In this document: positions 46,787-55,758 of the stretch, piece after piece
How the letters are laid out: each line of letters begins with the position of its first letter
Position numbering within the stretch: position 1 is the first letter of the stretch
Assembly (NCBI GenBank): GCA_032718475.1
Contig: JAUCBJ010001900.1
Location: 1-55,758 of the forward strand
Direction: 5' to 3'
Length of the DNA stretch: 55,758 nucleotides
DNA from: Nemertoderma westbladi
Taxonomy: Eukaryota; Animalia; Xenacoelomorpha
Program-made: the position numbers and the translations under genes
Notes under the pieces: generated by a model
Seen by the model: only the letters and a program-made list of their open reading frames with translations
Database searches by the model: none
Told to the model about the DNA's origin: nothing

Positions 46787-48589
46787 ATGCCAAGCCTTGT
46801 AAATACAAGTGTAGCGGTAACCATAGGGTGTGTGGCTGGGGCCGCAACCTTGATAGTTTACTATCGACATTCCCTCTTACAAGTTGTACAGACCGCGTAC
46901 AGATCGGTGTTGGGAACGGATAAAGTACTTGGTAGTCCGATAACTCGCTACACTCATCTCCAACCCGTTGAGATACAAACATACATCGCTAGAGATTGGG
47001 TCACCTTACAGCGATTGGGGGAACAATTACAAAATGATTTAACAAATAGAAACTGCGATACCGGTACCGGTACTTACCCAGTTGTAAGTCTAGATTGCGA
47101 ATGGGTTGGAAATAACAAAGTTGCTCTTCTACAATTATGTACGTCGTCTGGTGGCTGTTATTTATTCCGATTGTCCGAGTTGGATGGCTTGTCCGACTTC
47201 GCAGAATCAACCTGCCATTTATCGCAAGTTCTAGCCAATCCCGAGATATTAAAGGTGGGCGTTGGTATTGACGACGATGTTATTCGTCTCCGTAACGATT
47301 ACGGTTTAATCTGCCGCGGTTGGTTTGACCTCCGCTTGGCGGCGTTGACGATGGCCAACGAAGGTCTACTGAACCTTTTAAGCAGAGAAACCCGACTTGG
47401 TTTGAAAGGGTTGACGGAATTCTTCTGTGATTATACGATGCCAAAGTCAAAACGAATTGCAACAAGTGATTGGGAAGCTGTTGAACTGACTGACGTGCAA
47501 GTTGAATACGCTTCTCAGGACGCCGTGGCTGGAATAAACATACTAATGGCGGTACTTATACATCGGTTTAACGGTAGTATTCCGTTGGATTGGCAGGAAA
47601 TATTCGAATTAGTAACTCCAATATGCGAACTTCCTAATCCCGGAAAATATATTCGTCAGTTAGTTAAAAAGGGGGATAATTCGAAGGGTAGTAATAGCGG
47701 TGGCAAACTAAAGTCGGACATTAAGGTGTCGGATAATAGACACAAGGCTAGGCGAGGTTACAGCACCCGGAAGTCGGAACTTTATCGGAACACCGAGATC
47801 CGAGCCCCGGACGGGATGCTATTGTGCGTGTCGGACCGGCGGAAACTGGATTGGTACGTTAAGTACGGGCTGGGACGGGTCACCAACACCGAGCCGCTCA
47901 CTGTCACGCTCAACTTCGAGCCCTCGGGTCGCCCCAACGACGAGTCCCAGCGGTATTACCTAACGGCCAAGGAGAACGAATGTTCCGTGTGCGGGGAACG
48001 GGAATCCTACGTGAGGAAGTACATAGTCCCGCGGGAGTACCGGCGTCACTTCCCGCACAGTATGAAGGACAACCTATCGCACGATGTTCTGCTCGTCTGC
48101 GTCGATTGTCATTGCGTTAGTAACTCGCACGATATGCGACTCAGGAAGAAACTCGAGTTGTTGTGCTCGGCTCCGATAAACCGAACTAACGGCGGCGACG
48201 ACCGTCGCAACGCAGCTGCCGCTAGAAGCGCAGCTAACGCGTTACTCAACGATAAAGTGAAACACAACCTTCCCGCCACCCGGGTAATTCATCTGGAAGG
48301 AAAGCTAAAGAGTTACTTCGGTACCGAATCTATTTCGGACGATATTCTGTCCGAAGTGTCCGGACTGGGGTTGGATCAGCCTAGTAAATCTTCGGAATTT
48401 AGTCACGGACAGCGGGTTGTCAACTATTATATGAAGAGTGGATCGGACTCGGGGGGTTTATTGGGTCTAATTGACTTGGAGTTGTTGTGGAGGAATAACT
48501 TTCTGGAAACTATGAAGCCGCGGTTTCTACCCCCATTGTGGTCGGTCACTCACAACCACGAGCGACTAATAGCCAAGACGGTTGGATGA
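46787..48589 (+). CDS. EXD2: EXD2 (exonuclease 3'-5' domain-containing 2) copy C, intact, single coding exon, 600 aa
   Basis: N-terminal hydrophobic anchor. ExoI SLDCEW, ILKVGVGIDDD, SDWE..LT..QVEYASQDA. LYRNTEIRAPDG, KLDWY, FEPSGRP, CSVCG..IVPREYRRHFP..HDVLLVCVDCH. C-terminal PRFLPPLWSV. Confidence 0.93.
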   Translation: MPSLVNTSVAVTIGCVAGAATLIVYYRHSLLQVVQTAYRSVLGTDKVLGSPITRYTHLQPVEIQTYIARDWVTLQRLGEQLQNDLTNRNCDTGTGTYPVVSLDCEWVGNNKVALLQLCTSSGGCYLFRLSELDGLSDFAESTCHLSQVLANPEILKVGVGIDDDVIRLRNDYGLICRGWFDLRLAALTMANEGLLNLLSRETRLGLKGLTEFFCDYTMPKSKRIATSDWEAVELTDVQVEYASQDAVAGINILMAVLIHRFNGSIPLDWQEIFELVTPICELPNPGKYIRQLVKKGDNSKGSNSGGKLKSDIKVSDNRHKARRGYSTRKSELYRNTEIRAPDGMLLCVSDRRKLDWYVKYGLGRVTNTEPLTVTLNFEPSGRPNDESQRYYLTAKENECSVCGERESYVRKYIVPREYRRHFPHSMKDNLSHDVLLVCVDCHCVSNSHDMRLRKKLELLCSAPINRTNGGDDRRNAAAARSAANALLNDKVKHNLPATRVIHLEGKLKSYFGTESISDDILSEVSGLGLDQPSKSSEFSHGQRVVNYYMKSGSDSGGLLGLIDLELLWRNNFLETMKPRFLPPLWSVTHNHERLIAKTVG

Positions 48590-49179
48590 ATTATCTTCCT
48601 TAAACGATTAATTTACTGACATGAACAGCAATTATATATTGGCACACTTTTAAACAGCTGTTTAATGCAAATTGCCTTAGTTATTTATATTTTATTTCAA
48701 TTTCAGAAAATAAAGTTAAATAGGTAATAAAGATATAATAACTAATAGCTCATTTTACTTTAAATCATTACTATATCATTCAAGTCTTATAATATGGGAC
48801 TTTATAAGATTACGGTTTTAAACACTAATCAATAGATACGATAGTAATTGTATAAAGTTATAGATTATTACTTAGGGTCCTCTTTTAATTTATTATTTGG
48901 TATTACTATTTATATTTAAAGAAGCGTTCTAAGACCCCAGGCCTAGACCATACTTAGTTAGACCTTACTTTTCAGCACCCATTTGAAAAAACAAGTAGGT
49001 TAAGTATTTTTAATTTCTTCCCTATACCTTACGCTAATCAATGAATATATTGTAAACATACTAATTAACGTCATTTAATATCAAACACAGCATATCGTCG
49101 TTTAAGTACCTAAATGCCCTAACTCTATGTTTGATGCAAATACTATTCAATATAATTTAAATACAATATAAAATAAGTC

Positions 49180-49754
49180 ATAATAATGTTTTTCTGTATT
49201 TCGTACTTAAATAAAAAGCCCCAATTCCAATAAGCACAAATAAGAAGCTAAGCACTAAATACAAACAAAAATTGATGTATAAAAAGTGCCTCATCTCCGA
49301 TACTAATTTACGGAATTAATAAGAACTATATACTTATTTTATATTATCTATCATTGTATTTCTTTCTAAAGCAAAATGTGATCATTAAAAAATGTCAATG
49401 GGAAATATGTCCTATTACATCGAAAATAAACAAGTTTTTGATTTTCCTGTAAAATGAATAGTCCCAACCAATTTTTTTTCATTTTACAGGAAAATCAAAA
49501 ACTTGTTTATTTTCGATGTAATAGGACATATTTCCCATTGACATTTTTTAATGATCACATTTTGCTTTAGAAATACAATGATAGATAATATAAAATAAGT
49601 ATATAGTTCTTATTAATTCCGTAAATTAGTATCGGAGATGAGGCACTTTTTATACATCAATTTTTGTTTGTATTTAGTGCTTAGCTTCTTATTTGTAGCT
49701 TATTGGAATTGGGGCTTTTTATTTAAGTACGAAATACAGAAAAACATTATTATG
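49180..49754. repeat. ~275-bp inverted repeat (foldback) with a ~20-nt spacer
   Basis: 49180-49457 is the reverse complement of 49479-49754. Only one arm exists in the other unit (29798-30070). Confidence 0.9.
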
Positions 49755-50054
49755 GTAAAGGTAAGAATATTATACAATCAATTTAGGGCCTTGTCAATAA
49801 ATATGATAACCAATTGGAATTAGGTATCATATTTAATTGGCCGTAACTCTAAATTTGATTGGATGAAACTTTTCAAGAATATTACCACTGGGTAGAGCGA
49901 TGTCGACTTAGTGTAATGGTAGAAAAAGTGAAATTATAAAAAATGGATTTAGGACACATTAGGTTCTTAAGCGACGGTATGTTTCCTTTCCAGTTTATCT
50001 GAAACTCTTAAAATTTCTTATTAATTCATAATAATAAGGATTTATTTTACGACG

Positions 50055-50280
50055 ATGCCGTTCAACCACGTTACTTTATCTGATACTGTAACTCGTATAG
50101 TGGAAGACGACCCGTTCCACGAATACCCATTTATGTATCTAATAAACGGAACGGAGTTCAAACTATCCGTTCTAATCGATACCGGCTGCGGTTCCGATTC
50201 TCTAATACGTTACATAGAAACCAACATTCTAGAACGTTACCTGGGCCCCTTCCTGGTCGTTAACACGCACAATCATTTCG
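50055..50280 (+). pseudogene. 5' fragment of a metallo-beta-lactamase-fold hydrolase, broken within the HxHxDH motif
   Basis: MYLINGT...VLIDTGCG...LVVNTHNHF, then an abrupt switch to antisense Tudor-exon sequence where DH is expected. Confidence 0.7.
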
Positions 50281-50960
50281 CCACCCGCCCCCCGCTCCCC
50301 AGCAGACCGGACTTCCGGACTGCCAACCGGTGGCTCCATTAAGGACGCCATCGGGTTGATCAGCGTCCGCAGGAACCGCGGCGTGTCCGGGACGAACTTG
50401 GCGAGCCCCTCACAGCAGAGGAGATCGTTGATATGAACGTCGTCCTCGGCGGAGACGTCGGTGACCCCGAGGGAGACGACCCCGTTGTCGGTGCTCGTCA
50501 CGTAACCCATCAACGGCTTGTTGGTGACGATCCGGAAGACGCGATTGTTCGTCTCCATCGGCCACTTCCCGTTGAGGCTTGACGCGGGGATCGCAAGGTT
50601 GGTGAGTCGGGATGGGAGCGACTGGATGGCTAGATGGGTGAACTCGTGTTTGAGAATCCGGAGGGTTCGCTTCGGGACGGTGGAGGTGTTACCGTAGTCG
50701 ACGTAGCGCACCTCGACGAAGTCGTTGGTCGGCGAGGCCCCCAGGATGACGGCGCGATGCCAGTTCTGGTGCTCCGGGAAGAGGGCCGCGCAGATCTGTC
50801 CCTCCCGCACCATGTAGTCCGGGATGGCGTAGGAGTGGCTGCAGGGGCCGCAGTAGACGTCGTCCAGTCGGTCCATCAGCTGGGCCAGTCGCTCCGAGGT
50901 TTCCGCTCCCCGCAACTGGATGTACATATCCGCCGGAGTAAAGAAAACCGAAATGTAAAC
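50229..50960 (-). CDS. TDRD5: TDRD5-like copy C, exon 3 (extended Tudor domain)
   Basis: Near-identical to 30096-30746 but extends further. The last ~17 codons are antisense to the MBL fragment. Confidence 0.83.
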   Translation of the reverse strand, partial: VYISVFFTPADMYIQLRGAETSERLAQLMDRLDDVYCGPCSHSYAIPDYMVREGQICAALFPEHQNWHRAVILGASPTNDFVEVRYVDYGNTSTVPKRTLRILKHEFTHLAIQSLPSRLTNLAIPASSLNGKWPMETNNRVFRIVTNKPLMGYVTSTDNGVVSLGVTDVSAEDDVHINDLLCCEGLAKFVPDTPRFLRTLINPMASLMEPPVGSPEVRSAGERGAGGEMIVRVNDQEGAQVTF

Positions 50961-51034
50961 CTGAAAACAATCGAGATATATTACTATATATTACGAGATA
51001 TATTATATCATAGAATGTGTTCTAAAATGTTTTC

Positions 51035-54000
51035 CTACCTCTCCGTATTTCTCTACTTCTCCGTATTTCCCTACCACACCGTATTTCCCTACCACACCGT
51101 ATTTCCCCACCTCTCCGTATTTCCCTACCTCTCCGTATTTCCCTACCACACCGTATTTCCCTACCTCTCCGTATTTCCCATATCTCTCCGTATTTCCCTA
51201 CCACACCGTATTTCCCTACCTCTCCGTATTTCCCTACCTCTCCATATTTCCCTACCTCTCCGTATTTCCCTACCACACCGTATTTCCCTACCTCTCCGTA
51301 TTTCCCTACCACACCATATTTCCCTATCTCTCCGTATTTCCCTACCACACCGTATTTCCCTACCACACCGTATTTCCCTACCTCTCCGTATTTCCCTACC
51401 TCTCCGTATTTCCCTACCTCTCCGTATTTCCCTATCTCTCCGTATTTCCCTACCACACCGTATTTCCCTACCTCTCCGTATTGCCATATCTCTCCGTATT
51501 TCCCTACCTCTCCGTATTTCCCTACCACACCGTATTTCCCTACCACACCGTATTTCCCCATCTCTCCGTATTTCCCTACCACACCGTATTTCCCTACCTC
51601 TCCGTATTTCCCTCCCACACCGTATTTCCCTACCTCTCCGTATTTCCCTACCTCATTTCCCTACCTCTCCGTATTTCCCTACCTCTCCGTATTTCCCTAC
51701 CTCTCCGTATTTCCCTACCTCTCCGTATTTCCCTACCTCTCCGTATTTCCCTATCTCTCCGTATTTCCCTACCTCTCCGTATTTCCCTACCTCTCCGTAT
51801 TTCCCTACCTCTCCGTATTTCCCTACCTCTCCGTATTTCCCTACCTCTCCGTATTTCCCTACCTCTCCGTATTTCCATATCTCTCCGTATTTCCCTACCT
51901 CTCCGTATTTCCCTACCACACCGTATTTCCCTCCGTATTTTCCTACTTCTCCGTATCTTCCTACCTCTCCGTATTTCCCTACCTCTCCGTATTTCCCTAC
52001 CTCTCCGTATTTCCCTACCTCCCCGTATTTCCCTATCTCTCCGTATTTCCCTACCTCTCCGTATCTCCCAATCTCTCCGTATTTCTCTACTTCTCCGTAT
52101 TTCCCTACCTCTCCGTATTTCCCTACCTATCCGTATTTCCCTACCACACCGTATTTCCCTCCGTATTTTCCTACTTCTCCGTATCTCCCTACCTCTCCGT
52201 ATTTCCCTACCTCTCCGTATTTCCCTACCTCTCCGTATCTCCCTACCTCTCCGTATTTCCCTACCACACCGTATTTCCCTACCACACCGTATTTCCCCAT
52301 CTCTCCGTATTTCCCTACCACACCGTATTTCCCTACCTCTCCGTATTTCCCTCCCACACCGTATTTCCCTACCTCTCCGTATTTCCCTACCTCATTTCCC
52401 TACCTCTCCGTATTTCCCTACCTCTCCGTATTTCCCTACCTCTCCGTATTTCCCTACCTCTCCGTATTTCCCTACCTCTCCGTATTTCCCTATCTCTCCG
52501 TATTTCCCTACCTCTCCGTATTTCCCTACCTCTCCGTATTTCCCTACCTCTCCGTATTTCCCTACCTCTCCGTATTTCCCTACCTCTCCGTATTTTCCTA
52601 CCTCTCCGTATTTCCATATCTCTCCGTATTTCCCTACCTCTCCGTATTTCCCTACCACACCGTATTTCCCTCCGTATTTTCCTACTTCTCCGTATCTTCC
52701 TACCTCTCCGTATTTCCCTACCTCTCCGTATTTCCCTACCTCTCCGTATTTCCCTACCTCCCCGTATTTCCCTATCTCTCCGTATTTCCCTACCTCTCCG
52801 TATCTCCCAATCTCTCCGTATTTCCCTACCTCTCCGTATTTCCCTACCTCTCCGTATCTCCCTACCTCTCCGTATTTCCCTACCTCTCCGTATTTCCCTA
52901 TCTCTCCGTATTTCCCTACCTCTCCGTATTTCCCTACCTCTCCGTATTTCCCTACCTCTCCGTATTTCCCTACCTCTCCGTATTTCCCTACCTCTCCGTA
53001 TTTCCCTACCTCTCCGTATTTCCCCACCTCTCCGTATTTCCCTACCACACCGTATTTCCCTACCACACCGTATTTCCCTATCTCTCCGTATTTCCCTACT
53101 TCTCCGTATTTCCCTACCACACCGTATTTCCCTACCACACCGTATTTCCCTACCTCTCCGTATTTCCCTACCACACCGTATTTCCCTACCTCTCCGTATT
53201 TCCCTACCTCTCCGTATCTCCCTACCTCTCCGTATTTCTCTACTTCTCCGTATTTCCTTACCTCTCCGTATTTCCCTACCACACCGTATTTCCCTACCAC
53301 ACCGTATTTCCCTATCTCTCCGTATTTCCCTACTTCTCCGTATTTCCCTACCACACCGTATTTCCCTACCACACCGTATTTCCCTACCTCTCCGTATTTC
53401 CCTACCACACCGTATTTCCCTACCTCTCCGTATTTCCCTACCACACCGTATTTCCCTATCTCTCCGTATTTCCCTACCTCTCCGTATTTCCCTACCACAC
53501 CGTATTTCCCTACCTCTCCGTATTTCCCTACCTCTCCGTATTTCCCTACCTCGCCGTATTTCCCTACCTCTCCGTATTTCCCTACCTCTCCGTATTTCCC
53601 TACCTCACCGTATCTCCCTACCTCTCCGTATTTCTCTACTTCTCCGTATTTCCTTACCTCTCCGTATTTCCCTACCACACCGTATTTCCCTACCACACCG
53701 TATTTCCCTACCTCTCCGTATTTCCCTACCTCTCCGTATCTCCCTACCTCTCCGTATTTCTCTACTTCTCCGTATTTCCTTACCTCTCCGTATTTCCCTA
53801 CCACACCGTATTTCCCTACCACACCGTATTTCCCTATCTCTCCGTATTTCCCTACTTCTCCGTATTTCCCTACCACACCGTATTTCCCTACCACACCGTA
53901 TTTCCCTACCACACCGTATTTCTCTACTTCTCCGTATTTCCCTACCACACCGTATTTCCCTAGCTCTCCGTATTTCCCTACCACACCGTATTTCCCTACC

Positions 54001-55461
54001 ACACCGTATTTCCCTATCTCTCCGTATTTCCCTACTTCTCCGTATTTCCCTACCACACCGTATTTCCCTACCACACCGTATTTCCCTATCTCACCACACC
54101 GTATTTCCCTACCTCTCCGTATTTCCCTACCACACCGTATTTCCATACCACACCGTATTTCCCTACCTCTCCGTATTTCCCTACCTCCCCGTATTTCCCT
54201 ACAACACCGTATTTCCCTACCTCTCCGTATTTCCCTACCTCTCCGTATTTCCCTATCTCTCCGTATTTCCCTACCACACCGTATTTCCCTACCTCTCCGT
54301 ATTTCCCTACTTCTCCGTATTTCCCTACCACACCGTATTTCCCTACCACACCGTATTTCCCTACCTCTCCGTATTTCCCTACCTCTCCGTATTTCCCTAC
54401 CTCTCCGTATTTCCCTACCTCACCGTATTTCCCTACCTCTCCGTATTTCCCTACCTCTCCGTATTTCCCTACCACACCGTATTTCCCTATCTCTCCGTAT
54501 TTCCCTACCTCTCCGTCTTTCCCTCCCACACCGTATTTCCCTACCACACCGTATTTCCCTACCTCTCCGTATTTCCCTACCTCTCCGTATTTCCCTACCT
54601 CTCCGTATTTCCCTACCTCTCCGTATTTCCCTACCTCTCCGTATTTCCCTACCTCTCCGTATTTCCCTACCTCTCCGTATTTCCCTACCTCTCCGTATTT
54701 CCCTACCTCACCGTATTTCCCTACCTCTCCGTATTTCCCTACCACACCGTATTTCCCTACCACACCGTATTTCCCTACCACACCGTATTTCCCTACCACA
54801 CCGTATTTCTCTACTTCTCCGTATTTCCCTACCACACCGTATTTCCCTAGCTCTCCGTATTTCCCTACCACACCGTATTTCCCTACCACACCGTATTTCC
54901 CTATCTCTCCGTATTTCCCTACTTCTCCGTATTTCCCTACCACACCGTATTTCCCTACCACACCGTATTTCCCTATCTCACCACACCGTATTTCCCTACC
55001 TCTCCGTATTTCCCTACCACACCGTATTTCCATACCACACCGTATTTCCCTACCTCTCCGTATTTCCCTACCTCCCCGTATTTCCCTACAACACCGTATT
55101 TCCCTACCTCTCCGTATTTCCCTACCTCTCCGTATTTCCCTATCTCTCCGTATTTCCCTACCACACCGTATTTCCCTACCTCTCCGTATTTCCCTACTTC
55201 TCCGTATTTCCCTACCACACCGTATTTCCCTACCACACCGTATTTCCCTACCTCTCCGTATTTCCCTACCTCTCCGTATTTCCCTACCTCTCCGTATTTC
55301 CCTACCTCACCGTATTTCCCTACCACACCGTATTTCCCTACCTCTCCGTATTTCCCTACCTCTCCGTATTTCCCTACCTCTCCGCATTTCCTTACCTCTC
55401 CGTATTTCCCTACCACACCGTATTTCCCTACCAAACCGTATTTCCCTACCTCCACGTATTT
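51035..55461 (-). repeat. 18-bp minisatellite in intron 2 of copy C, roughly 245 units, with higher-order duplications
   Basis: Same unit as in copy B. Landmark variant units recur at 739-bp and 887-bp offsets. Confidence 0.98.
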
Positions 55462-55740
55462 ATCGATGGCCGGCGCATTTGGGTACTGGTAGTAGGTATT
55501 GAAGCCAACTGCGTCCACTGGGACAGTCTCGGGGAGGGTGGCTCCGGCCCCCAGACAGGTGTCGCTCGAGTAGACCACGAGGCCGCCCCTGTCTGCCTCG
55601 AACTCCAACCGGACTCCGGGGATACACAGCAGTAGAGTCTGCACGTCCCGGAATCCCAGATCCTCCAACGATAAACGTTGGTCAGTGCATTCGAAGTAGG
55701 TCTCTATGAAGTTGCTCGTTTCTATGCCACCGGGAACCGC
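55450..55740 (-). CDS. TDRD5: TDRD5-like copy C, exon 2; exon 1 lies off the right edge
   Basis: 291 nt with the same splice sites as 34862-35152. Confidence 0.82.
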
Positions 55741-55758
55741 CTAGCATTGGGATAAAGA

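Overview
AT-rich genomic DNA from an invertebrate animal (spliceosomal introns, metazoan TE families). Read by eye, without computation. (1) The backbone is a tandem segmental array. Each unit holds an intronless EXD2 gene (+) and a convergent TDRD5-like LOTUS x4 + Tudor gene (-). The window contains three TDRD5-like copies (two cut by the window edges) and two EXD2 copies (one intact, one frameshifted). (2) Intron 2 of the TDRD5-like gene carries a ~4 kb 18-bp minisatellite whose unit is the exon-2/5'-splice-site junction itself. (3) A young 16.1 kb BEL/Pao LTR retrotransposon lies at 8771-24905 (- strand, TSD ACTAT). It has three unusual traits: no tRNA-type PBS but an exact 11-nt complement between the PBS position and a site inside its own LTR (candidate Tf1-like self-priming); an extra env-position ORF resembling a DEDDy 3'-5' exonuclease plus zinc knuckles; and one in-frame TAA in RNase H. 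(4) The spacers are packed with copy-specific non-autonomous DNA transposons, 5'-truncated LINEs and TA-site excision-like footprints.
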